DNA of 62,632 nt from an uncultured Bacilli bacterium (GCA_947628365.1 CANQZN010000001.1:1-62632), one strand, 5' to 3'; counted from the stretch's first letter, positions 1-8,963 are shown. The notes: generated by a model not told the origin, from the letters alone. Numbers and translations: made by a program.

Positions 1-4
1 GATA

Positions 5-67
5 ATTATATATTACCCCCCCCGGTGTCAAGCTGTTATCAAAAAAATGTTGTTAACTCACAACATT
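5..67 (-). promoter_or_regulatory. Repeat cassette copy A. Minus strand has hairpin 67-46 plus T-run, TTGACA (31-26), CC, G8 (plus-strand C8 at 16-23), TAATA, TATAAT (10-5). It points leftwards out of the window.
   Basis: Near-identical to the cassettes at 1390-1453 and 8964-9025. Both hexamers are perfect consensus. The spacer counts to 15 nt (11-25). Confidence 0.6.
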
Positions 68-1360
68 AATTAATTTTATCCTAGCATATCCATTACCATT
101 ATTACCAACCATTTTATCCTTTCCATCATGAGTTGGCATTTCCGTGTTACCTGCAATCATTTCCATATCAATAAATACTTTACCACTATAATGATATGAA
201 CAAGTTATATTTGGAGATTCCTCTGTACATCCATCGTTAGTTATAATATTATCTGCAGCTGATTCTTTTTTTATTGCAATACATCCTTTATATCCTGAGA
301 TAAAGGATGAACCACCAGCACCGGAAACCCCAGTCATTCCTTCATCTACACCACCTCCGCCACCATAGTAGCCACTACCTCCTCCGGCTCTAGTGCGAGT
401 ATCATTCATAATATAATTTCCGCCAATGCCAAATTTCCCGAAAGATTCTTCTGTCTTGTTATCATTTGGTATACCACCTGATGTTTGAGTTCCACCAATT
501 GGATTTGCTAAAACTCTATTATCTGATTCTTCTATTGGATCATACTTAATTTCTCCATTACCACCATTTAAGGCACCGCCAAATCCACCATTTATATTTC
601 CTGAATTGTTCCACCAAAACGCTCCACCTCCACCAGCTGCAACCATTATTCTTGATTTTAATGAATTAAAATCATTCCAATTACCAGTATCAGAAATTTC
701 TAATCTCACATCTGTAGCTCCACCTCCACTAGCGGCCGCTGTCCATGGATGCTGTTTTCCATTACCTCCACCATTAAATGTTTCAGATACGACATAATCA
801 ACTTGTGGAGTATAATGATGTCCTTCTTCACCAACAAAAATATATAATTTATCTTGTTTATTTAATGTAATCGTTCCTTTCGTATAAGCGCCTTTACCAC
901 CTTCAGCACCAGTTTCAGTTGATCCTCCACTTGCTCCCCACAATTCTATTTGATAATTGCCTGTCTTTGGAGCTATAAATACTTGATAGCTTCCGGTATA
1001 ATCAAATTCTTTTTCTTCTAGTAAATCAAAATATAAATAACAATAAAATGATTTATTACTTTTTACTCCGACTTGATCATTCTTCGTATATAAGGCATTT
1101 TCTATTTCATTTCCCTTGTTATCCATACATTTACTTTTATTTAAATTTAATACGTAACCTTTGGGAAAACTATATCCTTCATATTTTTGATAACCATTCT
1201 CTATTTCAGTATACATAGCAAAGGCATTATTATTTACCTCTTGTTTTAGTATGACATCATCTAACTTTTCTTCTTTATTGGTTTTTGCTAATATGACACC
1301 AGTTAGTATTACTCCTACCAAAAGTATTATTACTAAATATTTCTTGTTAATTATTCTCAT
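53..1360 (-). CDS. Membrane-anchored surface protein: family N-terminal module plus a glycine-rich C-terminal domain
   Basis: N-terminal TM anchor (KKYLVIILLVGVILTGVIL). The first ~115 aa are shared with the ORFs at 7624-8934 and 38384-39661. The C-terminal part (YQVFIAPKTGNYQIELWGASGG...GGKGAY...LYIFVGEEG plus many GGG runs) resembles the bacterial glycine-rich domain family as I remember it. Confidence 0.75.
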   Translation of the reverse strand: MRIINKKYLVIILLVGVILTGVILAKTNKEEKLDDVILKQEVNNNAFAMYTEIENGYQKYEGYSFPKGYVLNLNKSKCMDNKGNEIENALYTKNDQVGVKSNKSFYCYLYFDLLEEKEFDYTGSYQVFIAPKTGNYQIELWGASGGSTETGAEGGKGAYTKGTITLNKQDKLYIFVGEEGHHYTPQVDYVVSETFNGGGNGKQHPWTAAASGGGATDVRLEISDTGNWNDFNSLKSRIMVAAGGGGAFWWNNSGNINGGFGGALNGGNGEIKYDPIEESDNRVLANPIGGTQTSGGIPNDNKTEESFGKFGIGGNYIMNDTRTRAGGGSGYYGGGGGVDEGMTGVSGAGGSSFISGYKGCIAIKKESAADNIITNDGCTEESPNITCSYHYSGKVFIDMEMIAGNTEMPTHDGKDKMVGNNGNGYARIKLINVVS

Positions 1361-1389
1361 AAAATATCTTCTTTCTATTTTATAAGATA

Positions 1390-1453
1390 ATTATATATTA
1401 CCCCCCCCCCGGTGTCAAGCTGTTGTGAAAAAAATGTTGTTAACTACAACATT
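1390..1453 (-). promoter_or_regulatory. Repeat cassette copy B. It contains the prmC terminator hairpin (1453-1433) plus T-run, TTGACA (1418-1413), CC, G10 (plus-strand C10 at 1401-1410), TAATA, TATAAT (1395-1390). It is the promoter of ORF 53-1360.
   Basis: Perfect -35 and -10 hexamers. The spacer (1396-1412) is 17 nt. The ATG at 1360 lies about 30 nt downstream of the -10. Confidence 0.65.
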
Positions 1454-2163
1454 TTGGATGATATAAAAATATATCTATCATAATTATTATAATCTTTCTC
1501 AATTTTGATATAAGAATTAGGTAAATATTTTTTTGCTATTTTTTTTATTTCGCTACCTTGATTTGCCCCAATTTCAAAGGCTATTAAAAAATTTTCATTT
1601 AAATTATTAAACAGTTTTTCTAAAATAACTTTATAGAAATATAAACCATTATCACTTGCATAAATAGCATTTTGGGGTTCATATTTAATTTTTTCATCTA
1701 CTTCACTATCATATGGAACATATGGAGGGTTACTAATTATAACGTCATATTTATTATTTGTACTAAATTCATTTATATCTTGAAGTTCAAAATCAATATT
1801 TACCTTATTTAATTTAGCGTTTTCTTTGGCTTTATCTAAAGCTTTTTTACTTATATCAATTGCGGTTATTTCACAATCTATGTTTTTTTTAAGAGCAATA
1901 CTGATACAACCACTTCCAGTACCCACCTCTAAAATACTAGGATGATTTATATCTAGCTTTTGTATATATTTAATAGTTTTATCAACAAGATATTCTGTTT
2001 CAAATCTAGGTATTAAAACATTTTCATTAACATTAATAAGACAATCATAAAAATCAACATTACCTATAATATATTGAACTGGATATCCTTCTTTTAATTT
2101 TTCTTTCGCTTCTTTTTGTTTATCAGTGGGTACATATTTTTTGATTAACTCTAAATCAGTCAT
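1444..2163 (-). CDS. prmC: Release-factor glutamine N5-methyltransferase (HemK/PrmC)
   Basis: SAM motif VGTGSGCI and NPPY motif (IISNPPYVP). Abuts prfA directly. Confidence 0.85.
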   Translation of the reverse strand: MTDLELIKKYVPTDKQKEAKEKLKEGYPVQYIIGNVDFYDCLINVNENVLIPRFETEYLVDKTIKYIQKLDINHPSILEVGTGSGCISIALKKNIDCEITAIDISKKALDKAKENAKLNKVNIDFELQDINEFSTNNKYDVIISNPPYVPYDSEVDEKIKYEPQNAIYASDNGLYFYKVILEKLFNNLNENFLIAFEIGANQGSEIKKIAKKYLPNSYIKIEKDYNNYDRYIFISSKML

Positions 2164-3237
2164 TTATTCAAATTTTTCTCCAGCTAATTTTAAACGCATA
2201 TCTTCAGTTATTAAAGCTTCAATAATTGGCTCTAAATGACCATCCATAACACGATCTAATTCCATAATAGAAAAGTTTATTCGATGATCAGTTACTCTAT
2301 TTTGAGGATAATTATAAGTTCTTATCTTTTCAGAACGATCACCAGTACCAATCTTAGTCTTTCTTTCCACTCCTAATTCTTGTTCTTGTTTTTGTTTCAT
2401 TTCATCATGTAATTTAATTTTTAATAATTTCATTGCATTTTCTTTATTTCTTAATTGGCTTCTTTCAGTTTGACACGCAACTACTACACCAGTTGGAACA
2501 TGGGTTATACGAACTGCCGAATTAGCGGTATTAACTGATTGTCCACCAGCACCACTTGAGTGATAAACATCAATTTTTAAATCAGATTCTTTAACTTCAA
2601 TGTCAACATCTTCAACTTCTGGCATTACTAAAACAGTCGCTGTAGATGTATGAACTCTTCCTTGAGTTTCTGTTGAAGGTACTCTTTGTACACGATGAGA
2701 GCCACTTTCATATTTTAATTTAGAATAAACATTATCACCTTTAATCATACACTCAATTTGCGAAAAACCACCAGATGCACCCTCAATAGAGTTTAATACT
2801 TCAACTTTCCAACCATTAGCTTCAGCATAATAAGAGTACATTCTAAATAAATCGCCAGCAAAAATATTAGCTTCATCTCCACCAGCAGCGCCCCTAATTT
2901 CCATGATAACATTTTTACCATCATTTTCATCTTTTGGCACTAACATCATTTCTAATTCTTTATGAATATCTGCTAAAACACCATTTAATCTTTCTACTTC
3001 TACTTCTGCTATCTCTTTAAATTCTGGATCATTTAAAAGTTCTTTTGCTTCTTCTAAAGCTTTCTCATTATTTTTATATTCATTATATTTTAATACTATT
3101 TCTTCTAAATCACTTTGTTCTTTTGAAAGTTTCTTTAACTTATTATAATCATTTAAGTTTTCTGGTTTTGTTAATTCAACTTTTAATTCTTCATACTTAT
3201 TAACTATGTTATTTAATCTTTCAAACATTGTTTTCAC
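2164..3237 (-). CDS. prfA: Peptide chain release factor 1
   Basis: RVQRVPSTETQGRVHTS (RF1 PxT-type tripeptide region) and the GGQ motif (SGAGGQSVN). Confidence 0.95.
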   Translation of the reverse strand: MKTMFERLNNIVNKYEELKVELTKPENLNDYNKLKKLSKEQSDLEEIVLKYNEYKNNEKALEEAKELLNDPEFKEIAEVEVERLNGVLADIHKELEMMLVPKDENDGKNVIMEIRGAAGGDEANIFAGDLFRMYSYYAEANGWKVEVLNSIEGASGGFSQIECMIKGDNVYSKLKYESGSHRVQRVPSTETQGRVHTSTATVLVMPEVEDVDIEVKESDLKIDVYHSSGAGGQSVNTANSAVRITHVPTGVVVACQTERSQLRNKENAMKLLKIKLHDEMKQKQEQELGVERKTKIGTGDRSEKIRTYNYPQNRVTDHRINFSIMELDRVMDGHLEPIIEALITEDMRLKLAGEKFE

Positions 3238-3326
3238 CCGTTTCTTTCCTAAAAATTATATCATTTTAAACCTAGCCTTGCAATTATATATATGCGAAAA
3301 AAAATAATACTATTTAAAGTATTATC

Positions 3327-3707
3327 TTAAACTCTTCTATTTAATCTTTCTCTAGCTGTATCAATGGCATCTACTATAGATAATTTATCTATTTCTAAAT
3401 TTTTTTCATATAATTTAGGTAAATACATCATATTACATACATAACCATCTGGGAAAATTACTTCATCATCTATAACAATAAAACCATTAAAAACTAAAGG
3501 GCTACCAAAAAAACAACTTCTAGTTCTTTCATTAAAGCCTTCACCATTAAATTCTTTGAACTCTTTAAATTCACCCTTAGAGTTAACAAATTTAATTAAT
3601 TTTATATTTTTATTTCCTATATCAGTTGTAACTAAAACATAATTATTATCTTCATTATTTTCACTATTTATCACACTTTTTATAGGATTTTCTTTTAATT
3701 TTTCCAT
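3327..3707 (-). CDS. Hypothetical protein
   Basis: Open frame. Start moved to the ATG preceded by GGAGGGGA (MEKLKENP...). No motif recognised. Confidence 0.5.
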   Translation of the reverse strand: MEKLKENPIKSVINSENNEDNNYVLVTTDIGNKNIKLIKFVNSKGEFKEFKEFNGEGFNERTRSCFFGSPLVFNGFIVIDDEVIFPDGYVCNMMYLPKLYEKNLEIDKLSIVDAIDTARERLNRRV

Positions 3708-3761
3708 ATAATCCCCTCCGTACACCTTGCATATTTTACCATAAATATTTAATTTGTCAAA

Positions 3762-4649
3762 TTATTCAGCTTTTGGTGATACATGAATATTACAATGTTT
3801 GATTTCACTAAACTTATTTTCTAGGCCATCATGAATTTTTTTTGCAACCTTATCGGCTTGTAATAAACTAGTTCTCCCATTCATTAGTATATCTAAATCA
3901 ACGTATATTTTATTACCAAACATACGAGTTTTAAAATCTTTGATATCCACATTTTTAGATATTTCCAAAATTGTATCAATTATTTGTTTTTGCTTCTCTT
4001 CATCACAAGAAGTATCTAACATTTGGGAAACAGCAGTTACAAATATTTCTATTGCAACCTTGACTATGACAATAGCAATAAAGAAACTGCATAAAGGATC
4101 TAATATTGGATAACCACTTCTAGCCCCTAAAATGCCTAAGAAACTGCCAACAGATGATAATGCATCACTACGATGATGCCAAGCATCAGCTTCCATTGAA
4201 GATGAGCCTATTTTCTTAGCTACTCTCTTTGTATAATGGAACATTACTTCTTTAACTACAATTGAAATAAAGGCCATTATTAAGGCTAATAGACCAGGTA
4301 CTTGGACAGTTTTATCTACAGTAAATACTGATTTAAGACCAACTATACCAATACCAACACCTGTTAAAAAAAGAAAAAATGATAAAATAATAGCAAAAAC
4401 TGATTCTACTCTCTCATGACCATAAGGATGGTTTTTATCAGCATCTTTTCCAGCAATTAATAAACCAAATATAACGGCAAAAGTAGTAATAACATCAGAT
4501 AAAGAGTGAATTGCATCAGAAATTAAAGCTTGCGATTTAGAAAATATTCCTACTAATAATTTAAATAGAAATAAAAGAAAATTCATAACTATTGTAATAA
4601 TTGAAACTTTTACACCAATATTCATAAAATTTAAAAACCTTTCTAACAT
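3762..4649 (-). CDS. Cation diffusion facilitator (CDF) family metal efflux transporter
   Basis: Six predicted TM segments. Contains the HSLSDVITT and HHRSDALSS metal-site motifs typical of CzcD/FieF. Confidence 0.8.
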   Translation of the reverse strand: MLERFLNFMNIGVKVSIITIVMNFLLFLFKLLVGIFSKSQALISDAIHSLSDVITTFAVIFGLLIAGKDADKNHPYGHERVESVFAIILSFFLFLTGVGIGIVGLKSVFTVDKTVQVPGLLALIMAFISIVVKEVMFHYTKRVAKKIGSSSMEADAWHHRSDALSSVGSFLGILGARSGYPILDPLCSFFIAIVIVKVAIEIFVTAVSQMLDTSCDEEKQKQIIDTILEISKNVDIKDFKTRMFGNKIYVDLDILMNGRTSLLQADKVAKKIHDGLENKFSEIKHCNIHVSPKAE

Positions 4650-4731
4650 AAAATAGGTGAAACCTTTTAAGTTTCACGATATTTATCATAATATTATATG
4701 TATAATTTAATAATTTCTATATAATAGATAC

Positions 4732-5181
4732 CTACTCTTGTAAGTTTTCTTCATCATCTATAATGAGTAAATCTTTTAGATCGTCCTCTTCTTCATCATC
4801 ATTATCTAATTCACTATCATAAAAGATATCTTCATCTTCATTTTCTTCTTCTTCATCAATTGCATTATCATCATCAGTTTCTTCAACTTCTTCTGTATCT
4901 TCTAAATCTTCATCTTCAACAACAATATTATGCATATGATTAACTGCTAAGTCCCAGTAACCATCATCTAAAAGAATAAACTTTTTATTGATTGATAATA
5001 ATTCAAAAAAGTCAGATATTCTATCTTCTACCGTATTTTCTGGTAATTCTAATACTTCACAAACCTTTTTAAATAAATCAAATAACTTCATTTTTTTACC
5101 ATTATTTTGAAGAATTAAAAGTGCTATTTCATCATAACCCATAGTTTCTAATTCTTCTTTTGATATATCTTTTAAATTCAT
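4732..5181 (-). CDS. rpoE: RNA polymerase delta subunit
   Basis: N-terminal HARE-HTH-like region (MGYDEIALLIL...FFELLSINKKFILLDDGYWDL) plus a long Asp/Glu tail. Start set at the ATG after GAGGAGA. Confidence 0.8.
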   Translation of the reverse strand: MNLKDISKEELETMGYDEIALLILQNNGKKMKLFDLFKKVCEVLELPENTVEDRISDFFELLSINKKFILLDDGYWDLAVNHMHNIVVEDEDLEDTEEVEETDDDNAIDEEEENEDEDIFYDSELDNDDEEEDDLKDLLIIDDEENLQE

Positions 5182-5229
5182 AAAATGTCTCCTCATCTTT
5201 CTCATTATATGCAATAGAATTTACTATTA

Positions 5230-5508
5230 CTATAATATTTTAATTAGTATTTCTTTAATTTCTTCATCTATTTGATATCTTAACTTAATTTCTTCCTTAT
5301 TTCTTTCTAATAAGCAATCTGTTAATTTATCTTTTATTTCATAATTATTTTCTTTTAAAGTATATTGAAATTCTTTATTATGAAAATCTATTTTAAATAT
5401 TAATTCTTTATTTTCTCTTATATAAACTAAATTATCTAAGTAAATAGTATTTAAATTATCACTATCTTCTTGATATTTTAATATTTTATTATCTATAAAC
5501 TCACACAA
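5230..5508 (-). CDS. Hypothetical small protein. The real start may be ATT at 5574.
   Basis: The tracked ORF starts at a TTG with no SD. The frame stays open upstream to 5592, and AGAGGTGAT precedes an in-frame ATT. Confidence 0.45.
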   Translation of the reverse strand: MCEFIDNKILKYQEDSDNLNTIYLDNLVYIRENKELIFKIDFHNKEFQYTLKENNYEIKDKLTDCLLERNKEEIKLRYQIDEEIKEILIKIL

Positions 5509-5662
5509 AACATTTTTATTATCAATTATTTTATTATTATCACTAACTAAACACCAATCAATATGAGTATTAATACAATCACCTCTTTTGTCTTATCAAG
5601 AATACCATAATATATATATAAATTCAACATAATTTTTTTATTTTTTTGCATAATAACTTTAG

Positions 5663-7600
5663 GTGATTAAATTGCGCGCTCTAAAAATATTTTTAAAATC
5701 AATTATTTTTTGCATTTTAGCCTTTATTATTTGCTATATTGGTATTAACACTTATGCAATTATTACCCCTAAATTAAACATTACTAATAATGGAACTTAC
5801 TTTTTATATGACAATAAAGATGAACTTGTTTATCAAGGAAGTACCACCTCTTCTTGGGTTAATTTAGAAGATATTGATGAAGATTTAATTAACTCGGTAA
5901 TAGCAATTGAAGACAAGAAATTTTATTCGCATCATGGTTTTGATTTACTTAGAATTGCGAAAGCTATGTTAAGTAATATTTCTTCTGGAAAAATAGTCCA
6001 AGGTGGATCGACTATAACGCAACAATTAGTTAAAAATTTATATTTAGATTTTGGTAAAACTTGGAAAAGAAAGATTGAAGAAGCATTCTTAACTATAATT
6101 GTTGAAATACAATACGATAAAGATGAAATACTAGAAGCGTATCTTAACACGATTAACTATGGTAATGGTAACTATGGGGTAAGTAATGCAAGTAGATATT
6201 ATTTCAATAAAGATGCAGATAATTTAACTTTAGAAGAAGCAATTATTTTAGCAGGTATTCCAAAAAGTCCTAATAGATATAATCCAGTAGCATCGAGAGA
6301 AGCATCAATTAATAGATCTAAAGTGGTTGCAAGTGCAATGCTTACTAATGGGTATATAGATAATGAAACATTTGAAAAATTAGATTTTGAATCGGTTAAT
6401 ATATATGGTAAAAGTAATGAAAATAACTTACAAATGCTTATGTATTATCAAGATGCAGTTTATAAAGAATTGGAATCTTTAGGGATAAGTAAAAGTATTC
6501 TAGAAACTGGTGGACTTAAAGTATATACTAATTTAGATATGGCTAAACAAACTAGTTTAGAGAAAAATATTTTATATAATTTACCTGATGATAATGAATT
6601 ACAAGTGGCAAGTGTTATAGTAGATCCCATGAGTGGTAAAATAGAAGCTTTAACTGGCGGTATTGATTATGGAAAAAGTCAGTACAATAGAGCTACTCAG
6701 TCCAAAAGACAAGTTGGGTCCACTATGAAAGCTTTCTTATATTATGGGGCTTTAGAAAATAATTTAGTATCCTCTTCTAAGTTCTCTAGTGAATACACAA
6801 CTTTTAATATTAGTAACTTACAAACTTATTCACCGACTAATTTTAATAATAAATATGCCAATAAAGAAATAACTATGGCGGCAGCAATTGCTTTTTCAGA
6901 TAATATTTATGCCGTTAAAACTAATTTATTTTTAGGAACGGAAACTCTTGTTAATACTGCTAAAAAAGCGGGAATTAAAGAAAAATTAGAAGCCATACCT
7001 TCTCTTGCTTTAGGTACTGGAGAAATAAATATTCTTGATTACGCTACTGGATATGCAACACTTGCCAGTGGTGGCTATAAAAAAGATTTATATTTTATTA
7101 GAAAAATTGAAGACAATGAAGGTAATGTTATTTACAATAAGGAAGAAAAGAAAAACTTAGTATTAAATCCAAATTATGTTTATATTTTAAATGAACTACT
7201 TTCTAATACTAGTAATTCAGCATTTAAAGATTATACTAGTGCAACGGCATCAACTATTGCTAGTAAATTAAGTCGAAAATATGCGATTAAAACAGGAACT
7301 ACTGCTTCTGATTACTGGACAGTTGGTTATAATAAAGACGATTTAATGCTAATATGGTTAGGATATGACGATAATAGAGAGTTTACTACTGGATATAGTT
7401 ATGTAGGTAAAAATGCTTTTGCTGATACCATTGAAGAAATTCAAAAAGATTTAGAAGATAATTGGTATAAGACTCCAGAAAATGTTGTTGGGCTAATTTT
7501 AGACTCAGTAACTGGTGAACTTACCAATGATAAATCTAGAGCTGTTATGTATTATTATTTAAAAGGTAGTGAACCAGATTTAAAGAAAAATGCCACTTAA
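5663..7600 (+). CDS. Class A penicillin-binding protein (glycosyltransferase plus transpeptidase)
   Basis: GT51 motifs EDKKFYSHHGFD, GGSTITQQL, RKIEE. Transpeptidase motifs STMK and KTGT. The alternative start TTG at 5672 has a better SD (AGGTGA). Confidence 0.9.
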   Translation: MIKLRALKIFLKSIIFCILAFIICYIGINTYAIITPKLNITNNGTYFLYDNKDELVYQGSTTSSWVNLEDIDEDLINSVIAIEDKKFYSHHGFDLLRIAKAMLSNISSGKIVQGGSTITQQLVKNLYLDFGKTWKRKIEEAFLTIIVEIQYDKDEILEAYLNTINYGNGNYGVSNASRYYFNKDADNLTLEEAIILAGIPKSPNRYNPVASREASINRSKVVASAMLTNGYIDNETFEKLDFESVNIYGKSNENNLQMLMYYQDAVYKELESLGISKSILETGGLKVYTNLDMAKQTSLEKNILYNLPDDNELQVASVIVDPMSGKIEALTGGIDYGKSQYNRATQSKRQVGSTMKAFLYYGALENNLVSSSKFSSEYTTFNISNLQTYSPTNFNNKYANKEITMAAAIAFSDNIYAVKTNLFLGTETLVNTAKKAGIKEKLEAIPSLALGTGEINILDYATGYATLASGGYKKDLYFIRKIEDNEGNVIYNKEEKKNLVLNPNYVYILNELLSNTSNSAFKDYTSATASTIASKLSRKYAIKTGTTASDYWTVGYNKDDLMLIWLGYDDNREFTTGYSYVGKNAFADTIEEIQKDLEDNWYKTPENVVGLILDSVTGELTNDKSRAVMYYYLKGSEPDLKKNAT

Positions 7601-7623
7601 AAAGAAGCTTTATTGGGCTTCTT

Positions 7624-8934
7624 TTAAAATTCGATAATAAAGGGATCTTCTAGTGTTCCAGTTCCAGTTTCACTTTTTAATTTTTGAGATGCATCGATAT
7701 AAAAGACTGGACGAACAAAGAAGAAGGCTGCCATAGGAAAATCTTTATTGAAACCCGTGGGATATACATAATGTCCTAAGAAAAAGCCACTGAAATTATC
7801 CCAGCCAAACCTTGTCATCGTCCATTCACCTCCACTTACTTTATGTTCATCATCATTTTGGGATAAATGCAACCAGCCAGTTTGACAAATTTCATAATTT
7901 TCTGCATAGAGTTCACAGTTTGCTATATCACTTACGGAATAATTATAATCATGCAGATACATTAAGCTTACTTTTCCAGTAAATGTTTTATCCCATTTTT
8001 CATTTTCATGTCTTATATAATAAACTTGCTGTCCATGGAGTGAAGAATCCGACTTATCATCTACCACCGCTGATTTTGCTCCAGGATCTCCAGCATTTGC
8101 TTTTTCATCCCATATTGTACCTTTTTGACCAGTTTCTATTAAATATAATTCTTTTCCAGTTTGTTTTGCACCTAAGGTATCATTGCTAAACATATCTCCA
8201 TATAGCCAAGTATTATCGGATATTTTTTCTTTCCAGCCCTCTGGAACATATGCAGGGTTTTCTAAGAAACTAGTTCCTTTTATTGCTTCATATATTTTAC
8301 TTTGTGGAAATTCTATATCTGTATCGTTGTTAATATACCATTGTATTCCTTGTTCTAATGCTTCTTTTTTAATTACTTTTACTCTTCCAGTAGATGCTTC
8401 TATTCCTATTATTCTATACATATAATGATCTGTATCACTTGTACATGTATCTTTATCACTTGTTCCAAAACAGATATAGTTATTTATTCCTTCACTTTGT
8501 TGTCCTTGGAATCTATACATTGCACCACGCTCCTTATCTGTCTTAAGTCCATGTGAACTTATATCATTAGTTTCAAAAATCTCTGCACCTAAAGTTTTAT
8601 CAAAATATAAATAACAATAAGTAGTAATTCCACTCGTTATTGTTACATTACCATTTTCATAACTAAGCACTCCATTTAATTCATTTCCATTATTATCTAT
8701 ACATTTTGATTCTGTTAAGTTAAGTACATACATCTCTGGAAATTTATTATCTTCAACTGGAACATACTCATTTCCTTCTTCTTTATACATAGCAAATGTT
8801 TTATTATTTACTTCTTGTTTTAATATTACATTATCCAATTGAACTTTTTCTTTTGGTTTTAATATTATGACACCAGTTAGTATTATTCCACCCAACAATA
8901 TTATTAATAAATATTTTTTGTTAATTATTCTCAT
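7624..8934 (-). CDS. Membrane-anchored surface protein: family N-terminal module plus a second type of C-terminal domain
   Basis: N-terminal TM anchor. Full-length paralogue of 38384-39661 (shared blocks YMYRIIGIEASTGRVKVIKKEAL, GKVSLMYLHDY, VRPVFY, GTLEDPFII). Shares only its N-terminus with 53-1360. Confidence 0.75.
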   Translation of the reverse strand: MRIINKKYLLIILLGGIILTGVIILKPKEKVQLDNVILKQEVNNKTFAMYKEEGNEYVPVEDNKFPEMYVLNLTESKCIDNNGNELNGVLSYENGNVTITSGITTYCYLYFDKTLGAEIFETNDISSHGLKTDKERGAMYRFQGQQSEGINNYICFGTSDKDTCTSDTDHYMYRIIGIEASTGRVKVIKKEALEQGIQWYINNDTDIEFPQSKIYEAIKGTSFLENPAYVPEGWKEKISDNTWLYGDMFSNDTLGAKQTGKELYLIETGQKGTIWDEKANAGDPGAKSAVVDDKSDSSLHGQQVYYIRHENEKWDKTFTGKVSLMYLHDYNYSVSDIANCELYAENYEICQTGWLHLSQNDDEHKVSGGEWTMTRFGWDNFSGFFLGHYVYPTGFNKDFPMAAFFFVRPVFYIDASQKLKSETGTGTLEDPFIIEF

Positions 8935-8963
8935 AAAATAATTCTCCTTTATTTTATAAGATA

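Noticed and set aside
606-797. Plus-strand 63-aa ORF (Pro/Ala-rich) inside the glycine-rich gene.
   Set aside because: It is the antisense shadow of Gly codons (GGN read as NCC) and has no SD. The same applies to the other antisense ORFs in the track: 5932-6150, 7983-8425, 9330-9617, 12285-12485, 13330-13530, 15344-15646, 23786-24649, 25060-27075, 29110-29349, 35777-36187, 36643-36867, 38910-39610, 40371-40565, 41537-41719, 43219-43419, 46504-47427, 57288-57632 and 59354-59743.
4657-4677. GTGAAAC-N7-GTTTCAC between rpoE and the CDF gene, which contains parS-like half-sites.
   Set aside because: The half-sites are in the opposite (outward) order with a 7-nt gap, so this is an ordinary hairpin and not a parS site. 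It is probably the rpoE terminator or a CDF leader structure.
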